Assembly (NCBI GenBank): GCA_964016885.1
Contig: OZ024742.1
Coordinates: 335,730,001-335,794,000 of the forward strand
Length of the DNA: 64,000 bases
Direction of reading: 5' to 3'
Source of the DNA: Eledone cirrhosa
Lineage: Eukaryota
The position numbers and the translations under genes are program-made. The notes below the pieces were generated by a model. That model was not told the origin of the DNA and searched no databases. It saw nothing but the letters and a program-made list of their open reading frames with translations. Below, in pieces: positions 14,110-26,320 of the stretch (the stretch's first letter is position 1; each line of letters opens with the position of its first letter).

Positions 14110-15320
14110 CTGGGATTTTGTTTATCGACTGAATGAAAAGCAAAAGTTGACTTTGACGGTATTTGAAGTCAGAGCGCAGAAAGTCGCAGCAAACATCAAA
14201 AGTAGGGGTACGGCATTATCTATGAAGGAGTTGGAGACCCACTAATTATCACAAACATTTTTGAGTTTAATATAAGGTAATGTAAATATTATTCTGAAAT
14301 CGATTTTCGTTGGTTACAGTGATAATTGTTCTAGTGAAATTAAGGCGCAAGTGGTTGAACATTCTTGAGACACGTATACCCATAACGCAATTTTCATGGT
14401 GATTCAGTTTGAAACTGTGTGTAAAAAGGCTTGCTCTTTGAATTATAAGTACAGTTCAACCGGCGACTTTCCAAACAGTTTCTATCTACTCAATTTTACT
14501 CACAAGACTTAGGTCTATCCGAGGTTATAGTAAATGACACTCAAAGTGTCATACGATGGTATCGAACCTGGGACATTATAAGATTGTAGAGTGATCTTCG
14601 TAAACATTCGGTTTTGATTCTATGTGAGAAACAAACTTTTAAATTACTCCATCATGCTTGTGTCAACGATTGCACAATAGTGATGTTGTTGTGGGACCTT
14701 AGTTGGTTCCGACGACGAGTGTTCCAGTTATTCGATCAACGGAACCACCTGTTCGTGAAATTAGCGTATGAGTAATTGAGCATGTTATAGGCACAAATAC
14801 GCTCAACATAATTCTAACAGAGATTCAGCGTGACAAGGGTGGCACCTTAAATCACAGGTACAGCTATTTTTTATCCAACTGAGTCGACGAGAGCAACATA
14901 AAATAAAGTGTCTTGATCAAAGAAACAATGCGTCACGGGGAATCGAACTCACGAATTTACGATCATGAGCTGAACACCCTAACTACTATGTCACGCGTCT
15001 TTACAGGATATAATTATTTCTAACACAATTTGGAGACGGAAGGAGCCGATTAAAATAACCTCATTATTTGGCTGCTATATATTATTGATCAGCAAACGAT
15101 TAAGATGCAAATTTAATCACAGAACTTAAAAGGAATTAACTAAGCACCGAAAGGCATTTTACTCCGGAAAGCATAGTAGATGTAAATGGAACTATAATAT
15201 AATATAATTGTTTCTATCAAGGCCGGAAAAGTTGTCATCGACGGGATTTGAACTCAGAATTTAAAGGACCGTAACGAAATATCTCAAAGTCCAACACTGA
15301 CAATTCTACCAACACACCAT
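14110..15320 (-). mobile_element. Cluster of old SINE copies (families A, B, C) on the minus strand
   Basis: Decayed matches to family A (14110-14200, 15010-15320), family C (14460-14600) and family B (14330-14460, 14700-15000). Confidence 0.65.
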
Positions 15321-15589
15321 CCTTATAGAAAAACGAGAATGGAAAATTTCTCATCATGGGTTTATTCGGTGAGGGATGGCCTGGGGATAAACAATAGCAA
15401 CTGCGTAAATCAGATAAATTAATGGAATCAGCAAACCACTAAATGGACAGATAATGAAAGCCGTTTGTGTGACGTTGACTATGAAGTTCCCAGAAGGACA
15501 ACAATGAACAGGATTGTAAAGAATGAAATAATGGCTAAATTACTGAAGCAGCTAATTAATGAATTGTGCAAAAAGCCAAATTCCTCGAG

Positions 15590-15727
15590 GATGGTGGAGG
15601 GTCGGCTGGTGGGATGGTGAGAAGGTGAGAGAGTGGAGGGTTAATGGGGGTGGGAGATGGTGGAGGGTGGAAGGTGGATGGTGGATGGTTGATGGTGGAC
15701 AGTGCATAGTTGATGGTGGATGGTGGA
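15590..15727 (+). repeat. G-rich (GGT/GGA/GATGG) low-complexity repeat
   Basis: Direct reading. Confidence 0.85.
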
Positions 15728-16010
15728 TGGGCAACCTTTTTCGAGAAGCGGGTCGCATGAGATATGCCTCATCATCAGGCGGGCTGCAAGCGCTAATTTA
15801 CATTCGTGCCCACATTAAAAAAAGGGCGGTAACTAAGGTTGATTCGATTTGTTTCTTCAGAATTCGTACACGTTGTTTTCCTCGATCGTAAAAATGATAG
15901 AAAGATAAATTACGACCGAAAAGTTGGGGAAAAAAATCAGAAAGATTTCACTTTGGTGACTTAGCTGAGCCATTCAGAGAGCTTCGCGGGCCGCAGGTTG
16001 CCCATGACTG
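15722..16010. mobile_element. hAT (Charlie-like) MITE
   Basis: Left end ..ATGGGCAACC and right end GCGGGCCGCAGGTTGCCCATGACTG. The outer left TIR is decayed. Confidence 0.7.
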
Positions 16011-16074
16011 ACTTAAACAGAGTCTCAACTAGTATTACAGATTCCTCGTCACTGGATGACACCTTGTCAGTTAC

Positions 16075-16195
16075 TTATTTAGGGGTTTGATCCCACTCCA
16101 TGGAACCCCAAACAAATGAATTACACCTTAGCCTAGGTTTGCACCAATCGTTACCAGAGGTATTGTGTAGACAGAAACTGTATGGAAGCCCGTCA
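16075..16195 (+). mobile_element. SINE family C remnant
   Basis: Tail GTAGACAGAAACTGTATGGAAGCCCGTC, similar to the copy at 28990-29155. Confidence 0.5.
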
Positions 16196-16699
16196 CATTG
16201 ACCGTAAGTTGTTTTTCGTCAGTAGACTTTGTCGCTTTGGTCAGTATCATAGAAAGCTTGATGTGTATCGTGGTTGGTTTTTCATGGGGAAGTGGAATGA
16301 CACAATGACCACCCCGGATGGCAGAATCTCTAGCTATGCCGCTGTTTTCGGTTGTATTTATCAGAATCCACTTTGTTGCAAGAATTCTGACAAGGTTTTC
16401 TGTCTAGGATGACTCATGGGGATAGCCATGATTCCTAATGTATCAACCCATGCGAAATAGTTTCTTCATTTCTTTATCGCCCCCCCCCCCCCCCCCCAAC
16501 TATTTTCAAATATACTGCAAAATATCCTTTTCTCTTTTTATGAAGCAATAAAACTGATGAACTTTCTTCAGTATTTTCTCATAATTGCAATTGTTTCAGA
16601 GAAAACAAGAACATAAACAACATTAAGAACAACAACAATAATAATAAGAACAACAACAGCAGCAGCAACAGCAACAGAGGCAACAACAACAACAACAAC

Positions 16700-19657
16700 A
16701 ATGGTTTCATTTATTGTCCACAAGGACCGACATATAGGGGACAATACAATAGACGGGGACAGGGTTTTTTTTTACATAAAAATCGAGTAAAAAATAGGAA
16801 AACAATAACAATAAACAAGAAAAATACAACAATGAAAATTCCCAATAGGGGGGATAACCACCGCAGCTCAGTCAAATAGACGAGCTGCGGAAAGGCCTGT
16901 CTGATAAACGGCTCAACCACACCTGTTCACCGTTAAGGCAGAATATTTGGAGATGGCGCAGCCTCAGTGCATGTCTGCGCATCATTAGCCACGTATGCCC
17001 AGCCTCCACGTAGAGGGTGCTGGCAGTAAATGGACCACTGCACCAACGGAACCCTTCCCTTCCACAAAAGTTTGAAGAGGAGCGGTTGCAACTTGGCGAG
17101 GTGCGGACGGGGGCAAGACACCACGATCCGGCGGTAGTAGATGACGGACGCGATGTACGCATTCGCCACCTCCGCCCGACTTTTCAGTGATAGCTTCCTC
17201 GTAGCTCATTTCTGAGTGAGACTGGCTACCATGCCCGTCACCTAGTCCCAATTCTTATCCACCTGGAGGTCTGGCCCAAACCAAACCCCGAGCAACTTTA
17301 TCGGTCCGTCCGTCCAGCGCCCAACGATGCTGTTGGACGGCATGGACATGCCTCTCCGGGTGCCGAGCTGCAAGCCCACTGATTATTCCGGGTTAATTTT
17401 CGCACCCGCTAACCTTTCATATTCCTCCAATAAGGTGCGTACCACCTCGATTTTCGAGGTGTCCGACACCATCACGGTGATGTCGTCCGCATCAGCCGAT
17501 GCAGCCCTTCCGCGTCCCGGTTCGAGCGGGATGCCCTGGAACAGCTCCAGCTTCCGCAGTAAAGGCTCAAGAATCAACACGCACAGAAGGGAGGAAAGAT
17601 GGCACCCTTGACGGACCGATCGCGAGATCTGAAACGGTTCCGAGAGGTGCCCATTAACTTTGACCACCGAGCAGGTGCCGCTGTGCATTGCAGCAATCCA
17701 GCTTTTGAAGACGGGGCCGAAGCCAGCTACTTTGATCAGAGCCCCACCAAAGCCAGGTTTACACCCCACCCTCTCTATGATGTATCACATGAGGTGGAGG
17801 TTGTCGTGCATGGACTTGGTCGGGATTGCTCAAGTTTGCGCCTCCCCAACCAAATCTTCGAAGACAAGCACCAATATCTTCGCCAAAACCTTGGCCAAAA
17901 TCTTAAACTCTGTGTTGAGCAGAGTTATGGGCCTGAAATTGTCTAATTGTCTAGAGCGTTTCGAGGAGATCGGAGAACAAATCTGGCATATTTACGTAAA
18001 GCTCATAGGGCAGACCATCCAAACCAGGTGACTTGCACCTCGTGCAGCCGACAAGGGCATCCTGAATTTCGGCTGAAGTTATCGGCCTTTCGCAGCGCTC
18101 AGCGTCGGCCGTCGAGAGGTGCGGCAAGCCGTCAAGGTAGGGACTGAAGTCCGCCACCGTCTCTGACCCGCCATTTCCCCCCGAACAACTGAGCAAAGTG
18201 CTGGCGCAAAGCCTCACACATCCGCCTTGAATCGCTCAGCAGTGTCCATCTCGGTCCGTCAAAGATCGAATTGTGGTTTTATTATCACGCTGCGCCTCTG
18301 CCACGCGGTCTCATCGAACACCTTTGGTTCCCTCGTTTCTCACAGCACGCGCCTTAGCTCTGACAATGCAACCTTCATGTTTCACTTTAAAGAAATGGTT
18401 TAATGCTTTTCTCGCCGCTAGCACGGTAGTTACAATGCTACTACAAATAGCCTCGTGTAACTTAACTACCCCGCCCCATCCTTTCTATTTTTCTCTAACG
18501 CTACTTCTTTGCTAAACCCTATCGAAATTACTGTAATCTCTCTTTTGAAACCCCCGCCACCATCTGTTGTTGACGACCTACCCTGTCAACTTTTGCGTAA
18601 ATAAATTGTTGACCCGGTCCTTGTAAGCCTTACGTGCCGGAAACGACTTTTTCAGCTTCCAGTAACCAGATCCTACCCTACGCGTCTTATCTAGGTCGAC
18701 CATACAGATTACAAACCTGTGGTCTGAATAGGCGACCGTATGTAATTGTGGACACCCTATACTATATTTATCCACTAATCTAATTAGAAACTTATCTAAG
18801 TGCGATCTAGATGTCCTTAAACGGTTTGTCCAGGTCCACACTGGCGCATTAGAGAAATCTAGTCACTACCTGTCAGACAGTTGGAACTGGTTGATCAAGT
18901 ACTTGAGGCTTTTGAACATTCCGCTCCTATCGGCTACTCCCACACAATCCCAGCGTGCGTATAAGATGAAATTCCAGTCCCCCGCTAACAGTAAAGGGCG
19001 AGACGTACCCAGAAAGGCGTCCAGGCGTCTAAAGAAGTCCGGCCGTCCGGCCCCGGTAGGGGCGCAGACGGCCACCTGTCTAAAGGTACCACCTTCGCTA
19101 CTGTTTACGTCCAGGACCACCAACTTACCGTCCGGGTCCCGGAAGATCGACCTTACCTCGAGACCCAGGCCTTTCCTAAACAGCACTGTCACTCCACCTC
19201 CCATTCCCGGCCGATGTACAGATGCGAAGATCTGATAGTTGTCGAAAATGGGGGCTAGTGCTCGCGTGTCGGAAATCCTGGTCTCGCTAACGGCAATTAC
19301 ATCCAGGGAGACCCCAGGCCATGAACATTTAACATCCTACTCTTAGTATGGCCATGTTGGTAGCCTGAAGGAGAGAGGACAGGTTTACTTACATCCCGGA
19401 GTTTTGTGGAGGTCGGGTGATTTGACCTCTATTGTTAGTGGGGTTTCCATCGGGAAACCCTTTAGGAGCCTTCTCGTGGCTTTTACATTAGGGGTCCCCA
19501 CGTCGTCGGGAAAGATCTCCCTAATATTTTTGTGTTGGCATCCACACCAATCGCAGTGTTTGGGGCACTTTTAAGGTGCAGGTGCCAAAGATCTCTCCCT
19601 CTTTCTCAATGTCTTTACTTCGTGTTACAAGGGCCATTAGTTGTATGTTGGCCCTCC
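16700..19657 (-). mobile_element. L1/Tx1-clade element, 5'-truncated with internal deletions (ORF1 C-terminus, APE, RT)
   Basis: ORF pieces LLLAGDWN, SDHRFV, KSPGLDGLPYE, SVRQGC and ADDIT, collinear with 20205-24150. The 3' end lies in (GTT)n. Confidence 0.93.
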
Positions 19658-19764
19658 TTAGTAACATGGGACCTTATATACAGTTCGTGAAAATTGAACA
19701 AATTCCACTTTGAAACAACTCAAAATAACCAACCTTCTAGAGCCGATACGAACACGTCTGTAAT

Positions 19765-19888
19765 AAACGATAATAATAATATTAAGAAGAAGACCAACAC
19801 CTACAATAACAACAACCACAACAACTACAATAACAACAACCACAACAACATCAAGAAGAAGAAGAAGAAGAAGAAGAAGAAGAAGAAG

Positions 19889-19934
<46 letters not shown>

Positions 19935-20007
19935 GCAGCAGCAGCAGCAGCAACAACAACAACAACAACAATAAAAATAAAAATAAGTATAATAATAATA
20001 ATAATAA
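19765..20007. repeat. Compound trinucleotide microsatellite (AAT/AAC/AAG/AGC)
   Basis: Direct reading. Confidence 0.97.
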
Positions 20008-20195
20008 TTGTTTCTACTTTAGGCACAAGGCCAGCAATTACCCAGTGCATTACTGGTACTTTATTTTATCGACCCTGTAGGGATGAAAGGCAAAGTCAAC
20101 CTCGGCGGGATTTGAACTCAGATCGTAAAGGGACGTAACTATGCTGGAAAGCATGGCCTCCGACCTTCTACCGATACTGCCAATCCACCGCCCTT
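20005..20195 (-). mobile_element. SINE family A, full length
   Basis: A box TGGCAGTATCGG, B box GAGTTCAAATCC, core GCCTTTCATCC..GGGTCGATAAAATAAAGTACC (resembles the Meta-SINE core, from memory), tail CTTGTGCCTAAAGTAGAAAC. Confidence 0.93.
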
Positions 20196-20486
20196 CTAAT
20201 AATAATGATTTCATTTATTGGCCACAAGGGCCGACATATAGGGGACAATACAAAAGACTGGGACAGTGGGGTTTTACAGAAAAATCGAGTGAACAATATG
20301 AATAACAATAACAAAGTAACAATAACAAAGTAACAATAAAGTAACAATAAAATTACAACAAGAAAAAATTCCCCAATAGGGGGGATGACCACCTAGGGTT
20401 CGTTCAGGTACCCCACCAGTCCTGAACGACCCGACGCTTCGAGAGCACCCTGGAAGGGCACCCCTCTCCTCTTCAAATTTACCTAT

Positions 20487-23400
20487 CTACAGCCGCATGA
20501 CCAGAGTAGGCCCACTCACACGGGCCATTCTCGCCACATTCACCCACCTTTCAGCAAATGTACTGGGGGGCAGCACTTCTCTCTCCACCCTCACCTTGCT
20601 CTCCAAGTGAAACTTGAAAAAGTTGATGAGGGATTGGCCGAAGAGAAAAGTATCTGTCTTCAGTCCTTTCAACCTCGTCCACCATACAACCTCTTTCGCT
20701 ACTGCCACCAGACAGAGGAAAATTGCCTGCCCTTCCTGGCCAAAAGAAGGCGGCGGGTCGATCTTCACTATCGACTCGGCCGATAGCCGGATCCGTTCTA
20801 CACGCGACAACAGCTGTTCAACATAACTCCACAAGTCAGTAATGCACGGACACTGGACGAGTGCGTGCAGAACGGTTTCGTCGTTCTGCGCGCATCTCGG
20901 ACAGGTCAGTCTGACAGCACTTCCGTGCCTGTAGAGTTTATCTCGAACCGGCAGTGCCCCCCGGTAGCACTGCCAAGCGAGGGATTTTTGGAAGTTATCC
21001 ATCGTCCCCGGCTCGAAAGTCCTCCGGTACAGACTGGTTAGTTCGACTTCGTTGACTCCCGGACCCTCTCCGAGTGCGTCGTCGCACTTGCCCACCACTA
21101 ATCCTCTATAGAACTCGAGAGTGGAAGTTCCACTGACCGCATTGCTCGCCTGGTAGAGGGCAGTGAGTGGCTGGCAACATTCCAGATGCCAGTCACCCAG
21201 TCTCGGTCTCTTCTTGACCCAGGACTGCAACTCAGTCAAAGAAACGAGCTGCGGAAAGGCCCGTCTGACAAACGGCGACCACACCTGTTCACCGTTTAGG
21301 CAGAATATCTGGAGATGCCGCAGCGTCAGCGCGTGCCTGCGCATCATTATCCACGGCATGCCCAGCCCTCCACGTCGAGGGTGCTGGCAGCAAGTGGACC
21401 GCCTCACCAGCGGAACCTGACCCCTCCACAAGAATTTGAAGAGGAGCCGCTCCAAGATGGCGAGGCGCGAACGGGGGCAAGGGACGACAGTCAGACGGTA
21501 GTAGATGACGGACGCGATGTACGCGTTCGCCACCTCCGCCCGACCTTTCAGTGATAGCTTCATCCCAGCCCATTTCTGGGTGAGACTGACTACCCTGCCC
21601 GTCACCTCGTCCCAATTCTTATCCACCTGGAGGTCTGGCCCGAACCAAACCCCTAGCAACTTTACCGGTCGGTCCGTCCAGCGCCTAACGACGCTGTTGA
21701 ACGGCATGGACATGCCTCTCCAGGTGCCGAGTTGCAAGCCTACTGACTTTTCTGAGTTAAGTTTTGCTCCCGTCAACTTTTCATATTCCTCCAATAAGTT
21801 GCCGACCACCTCGATTTCTGAGGTGTCCGACACCATCACGGTGATGTCGTCCGCATAAGCCGACAGAGCCTTTCCGCGTCCCGGTTCGAGCGGGATGCCC
21901 TGCAACAGCTCCAGCTTCCGCAGTAAAGGCTCGAGATCAATACGTACAGAAGGGAGGAGAGAGGGCACCCTTGACGGACCGATCGGGAGACCTGAAACGG
22001 TTCCGAGAGGTGGCCATTAATTTTGACCATCGAGCAGGTGCCGCTGTGCATTGCAGCGATCCAGCTTCTGAAGACGGGGCCGAAGCCAGCCGCCTTGAGG
22101 ACAGCCTCCAGGTACCGATGGTCGACCCTATCGAATGCTTTCGATTGATCTAAATTGATCAGAGCCCTACCGAAGCCAGGTTTACACCCTACCCTCTCTA
22201 CGATGTATCGCATTAGGTGGAGGTTGTCGTGTATGGACCTGGTTGGGATGCGCAAGTTTGCGCCTCCCCAACCAAATCCCCGACGACAAGCGCCAACCTC
22301 TTTGCTAACACCCTGGCCAAAATCTTAAACTCTGTGTTGAGCAGAGTTATGGGCCTGAAATTGTCTAATGTGTCCCCCTTGTTCTCGTCTTTCCTTATCA
22401 GCGTCACTACGCCCCGGCTCACAGAACTGGGAATACTCCCGTTTTGCTGCCAGTTGCAGTAGAGGGCTTCGAGGAGATTGGAGAACAAGTCTGGCATATT
22501 TACGTAAAGCTTGTAGGGCAGACCATCCAAACCGGGTGACTTGCGCCTCATACAGCCTACAAGGACATCCTGAATCTCGGCTGAAGTAATTGGCCTTTCG
22601 CAGCGCCCAGCGTCAGCCGTCGAGAGTTGCGGCAAGCCATCGAGGTAGGGACTGAAGTCCGCCACCATCTCTGACCCGCCACTTCCCCCAAAAGGCCTCA
22701 CACATCCTCTTGGAATCGCTCAGCTCGAGCCCGTCTCGGTCCGTCAAAGATCGAATCGTGGTTTTACTACCACGCTGCGCCTCTGCCATGCGGGCCCATC
22801 GAACAGCTTTGGTTCCCTCGTTTCTCAGAGCACGCGCCTTAGCTCTGAGAATGCAACCTTCGTGTTTCGCATTGAAGAAATGGTCTAATGCCATTCTCGC
22901 CGCTAGCACATCAGTTGCAATGCCACTACCAATAGCCTCGTCTAACTTATCTACCAACTCTCCCTCCTTTCTATTTTTCTCTAATGCTACTTCTTTGCTA
23001 ATCTCTCTTTTGGGAGCCCCCCACCATCTATTGTTGACGACTCCCCCTGTCAACTTTTTCTTAACTAAATTGTTGACCTGGTCCCTGTAAGCCTTACGTG
23101 CCGGAAATGACATGTTTAGCTTCCAGTAACCAGGTCCTAACCTACGCGTCTTATCTAGGTCGACCATACAGATCACAAACTTGTGATCTGAATAGGCGAC
23201 CGTTTCAAAACGTGGACAGCTTACACTATTTCTGTCTATTTTCCTAATGAATATCCTGTCTATATACGATCTAGATGACCCTATGCGGTTAGCCCAGGTC
23301 CACACTGGCTCATTAGGGAAATCTAGTCGGTACCTGTCAGACAGTTGGAACTGGCTGATCAGGTTCTTGAGGCTTTTGAACCCCCCGCTCCTATCGGATA

Positions 23401-23863
23401 CTCCCACACAGTCCCAGCGTGCGTCTAAGATGCCGTTCCAGTCCCCCGCTAACAGTAAAGGGCGAGACGTACCCAGAAAGGCTTCCAGGCGTCTAAAGAA
23501 GTCCGGCCGTCCTGTCACAGTAGGAGCATAGACGGCCACCAGTCTAAAGGCACCACCTTCATTATTGTTCACGTCCAGGACCACCAACTTCCCGTCCGGG
23601 TCCCGGAAGATCGACCTTACCTCGAGATCCAGGCCTTTCCTAAACAGCACTGCCACCCAGCCTCCCATTCCCGGCTGGCTAACAGATGCAAAGATCTGAT
23701 AGTCGTCGAAAATGGGGGCTAGTGCGCGCGTGTCGGAAATCCTGGTCTCGCTGATTGCAATTACATCCATTTCTATAGACCTGAGGTCGTTGAGCAGGTG
23801 ACCCTGCTTCCAGGACGACCCCAGGCCTCGAACATTTAAACATCCTACTCTTAATACGGCCAT
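20487..23863 (-). pseudogene. Tx1 ORF2 (AP endonuclease, reverse transcriptase, C-terminal CCHC), broken by about 3 frameshifts
   Basis: LNVRGL, ISET, AGDWN, IDRIF, SDH, then KSPGLDGLP, FRPITLLN, DQSKAFDRVDH, SVRQGCPLS, YADD and CPRC..ETVLHALVQC, across ORFs 22613-23863, 22213-22701, 21836-22255 and 20487-21968. Confidence 0.93.
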
Positions 23864-23896
23864 GTTGGCAGGTTAAACAGAGAGAGAGAGGAAGGT

Positions 23897-25690
23897 TTAC
23901 TTACCTTCCGGGCTCTTGTGAAGGTCGGGTTGTTCGACCTCCATAGTTAGTGGGGTTTCTTTTGGGAACCCCTTTAAAAGTCTTGAAGTGGGTTTTACGT
24001 TCGGGGTTCCCACGTCCCGAATCGAGCGACATTCGCACCAGAACCAAATCTTCCGGTACGCGAAATGTGCACGATTTAAACATTTCCCCCTCTTTTTGTA
24101 TATTTTCACTTCGTGCTACGAGGGCCATCAGTTCCTTGTTGGCCCTCCTGATGAGCACGAAGTTTTGTATGTTTTGTTAGTGTGATTTTATTTGTTTGCG
24201 TGGCTGTGGTGGTGATGGTTTTGGTGGTGTTGTTTCGGTTGTATCTGTGTTTGTTGTGAGTGCGATGTCTGTGGTTTCAGATGTTTGTGTGTATATTTGT
24301 TCTTGCGTCTGTTTAGGTTGTTTGCGTTTGGGGGATTCTGGTGATGGTGATGGTGGTGTTGATGTTGGTGTTATTGGAGAGATGTTTGCGTGGGTGGTGT
24401 CTGCGTTTTTTATTGTGGGTGATTTTGTGCTTTGTTGAGTTTTTTTTTCTTTTTGTGTTTCCTTTTTTGTATTTTGGGGGATTTTGGATTTCCCTCATTT
24501 TCACTACTGGTAGATGAGGGGTCTGTTTCTGTCAGTGTGTCTGTATGTATGTTTAAGGTTTTATTGGTGTGTGTATTTTTGGGGGGAGGGGGAATTTGAC
24601 AGCTTTCCTCGTTTCCCCCCTGGGTGGTCAATGTTGGTGGTGGTCTTTCTATTGGTGTTGTTGTTGGTGGTTTTGCCGGTGCAAGTGTTGGTTGTGGTTT
24701 TCGCCCCGGCGTCGGCAGCAGTGGAGCCTTTCGACCCCTTGCCTCTTTCAGCAGTTGAGGGCAGAAGGCTCGCAAATGGGTTTTTTCCCCACAAACAAAA
24801 CACTGCGGCCTTTTGCCTTCGGTCATAATGTGAATGACAGTCCCATTCTGAAGGCGGATGTGGTCTGGGATTGTCTTCACATTCTCGGGCCTGATCTGGA
24901 GAAGGATCTCCAGGTCAACCCCGGACCAGTCCTCTCTGGCCGTTCTGGTCACTTCTATAGGGACTGTATCCGTCCCCTCCACAATCACACATCCCAGAAG
25001 CCACCACATGTCAAGTCCTGGTGGGATTCTGGGAATGCGGAGACGGGCCGTTCTTTTTCCCATGTGGGAGGGGTACATTATGACCTTGCTGGTTTTGCAA
25101 GGAGTCATGGCGTGTTTCATCGCGAGGGCTTCTGACTTGAACAACACCGAAATGGTGCCGTACTGTCTGCCCCTCTCTATGTATTCGGTGTCTTCTCTGA
25201 TGCACCTCAGCGCGACTTCGATATCTTCTTATGGGATTAACGCTGCCCTTTTGGTTTGTGCTGAGATGCATCTATAATGCACCGTTTTGCGCTCCACTGC
25301 CTCAATAGCTTCTACCGGGACAGTTAAGTTGGCCCAAGTTTGCTCTTGCTTGATGAATTTCCATGCCTGGGCCAACTTTTCATCTTTGTTTGAGAGGTCC
25401 ATGTTGAAGCATGGCCTCTTTTTTGTTGCTGCCGCAGCGAAAGTGGTCTCGTTTTGTTGGGGGTGTTGTTGACGTTGTTCTTGTTGGTGTTGGTGTTAGC
25501 ACTGTCGCTGTTATCATTGTTGTCTTTGCTGCCACCGTTGTTCTCGGTGCAGTTGGTATTGTTGCTGTTGGTGTTGTCGTTATTTGTTTTCATGTTAGTG
25601 GTGTTGATATTGTTGTTGTATTTGTTTTTTTTGTTTTTTTGTTATCTGTATTTTCGTTGTCGCTGTTACTGTCATTTTTTTCAAATTAGA
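23897..25690 (-). pseudogene. Tx1 ORF1 (gag-like, CX2CX4HX4C knuckle, low-complexity linker, conserved C-terminal segment), disrupted
   Basis: CFVCGEKTHLRAFC in ORF 24410-25147. The C-terminal segment is also conserved at 19386-19657. The start codon is uncertain. Confidence 0.75.
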
Positions 25691-26045
25691 GTTCTTATTG
25701 GTATCATTGGTGTCTTTGTTTACCTTGTTTGTGGTGGTGTTTGTGTTATGAATGTGTGTTAATTTCGCTGTAGCGCTCCTCTCAACTTCTACGTCGTTGT
25801 CGCACTACAGCCGACATATCGCTGGGGGGCGTGGCTCAGCCATGTTTCTTTTCTTCGTAAATTTTTTTAACATGTAAAAAAAGTTCAGATATTTGGGCCA
25901 AAAGGCCCAAATATTATACTTTCCCCTTCACAGGGCAAAGTCTAAGGGCTTATATCCCTTACACAAGAAATATTTAACAACAAATAATTTAAACAGGCAA
26001 ATAAAGCGACTTATTGTGAGCGAACAAAATACGTCCGCTTAGACC

Positions 26046-26076
<31 letters not shown>

Positions 26077-26151
26077 TTTTCATTCTGCAAGTGAGAAGTG
26101 TAAAAATTCTCGAAGTTCAATCCTCCTTCAATTTTACAGATAATTACAATT

Positions 26152-26320
26152 AAGGCGGCGAATTGGCAGAGTCGTTGGAACGTCGAATAAAATGTTCAGC
26201 GATATTCGTTCTGGCCTTCTGTACAGTGAGTTCAAATCCAGTTTAGGTCAACTTTGCCTTTCATATTTTTTTGGTGGGGAGGCAATAATTAAAGTAACCG
26301 CCCAGTAACGGGGTTGATTC
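26152..26320 (+). mobile_element. SINE family A, old copy
   Basis: GGCGGCGAATTGGCAGAGTCG..GAGTTCAAATCC..AACTTTGCCTTTCAT. Confidence 0.75.

Larger units (their letters stand above)
20205..26045 (-). mobile_element. Near-full-length L1/Tx1-clade LINE (~5.8 kb) flanked by (ATT)n
   Basis: 5' end GGTCTAAGCGGACGTATTT, ORF1 with a CCHC knuckle, ORF2 APE-RT-zinc finger, 3' AATAAA. ATT repeats on both sides. Confidence 0.95.

Noticed and set aside
19658-20080. Poly-N/K/S and poly-V/L ORFs
   Set aside because: They come from a compound trinucleotide microsatellite running into a SINE.
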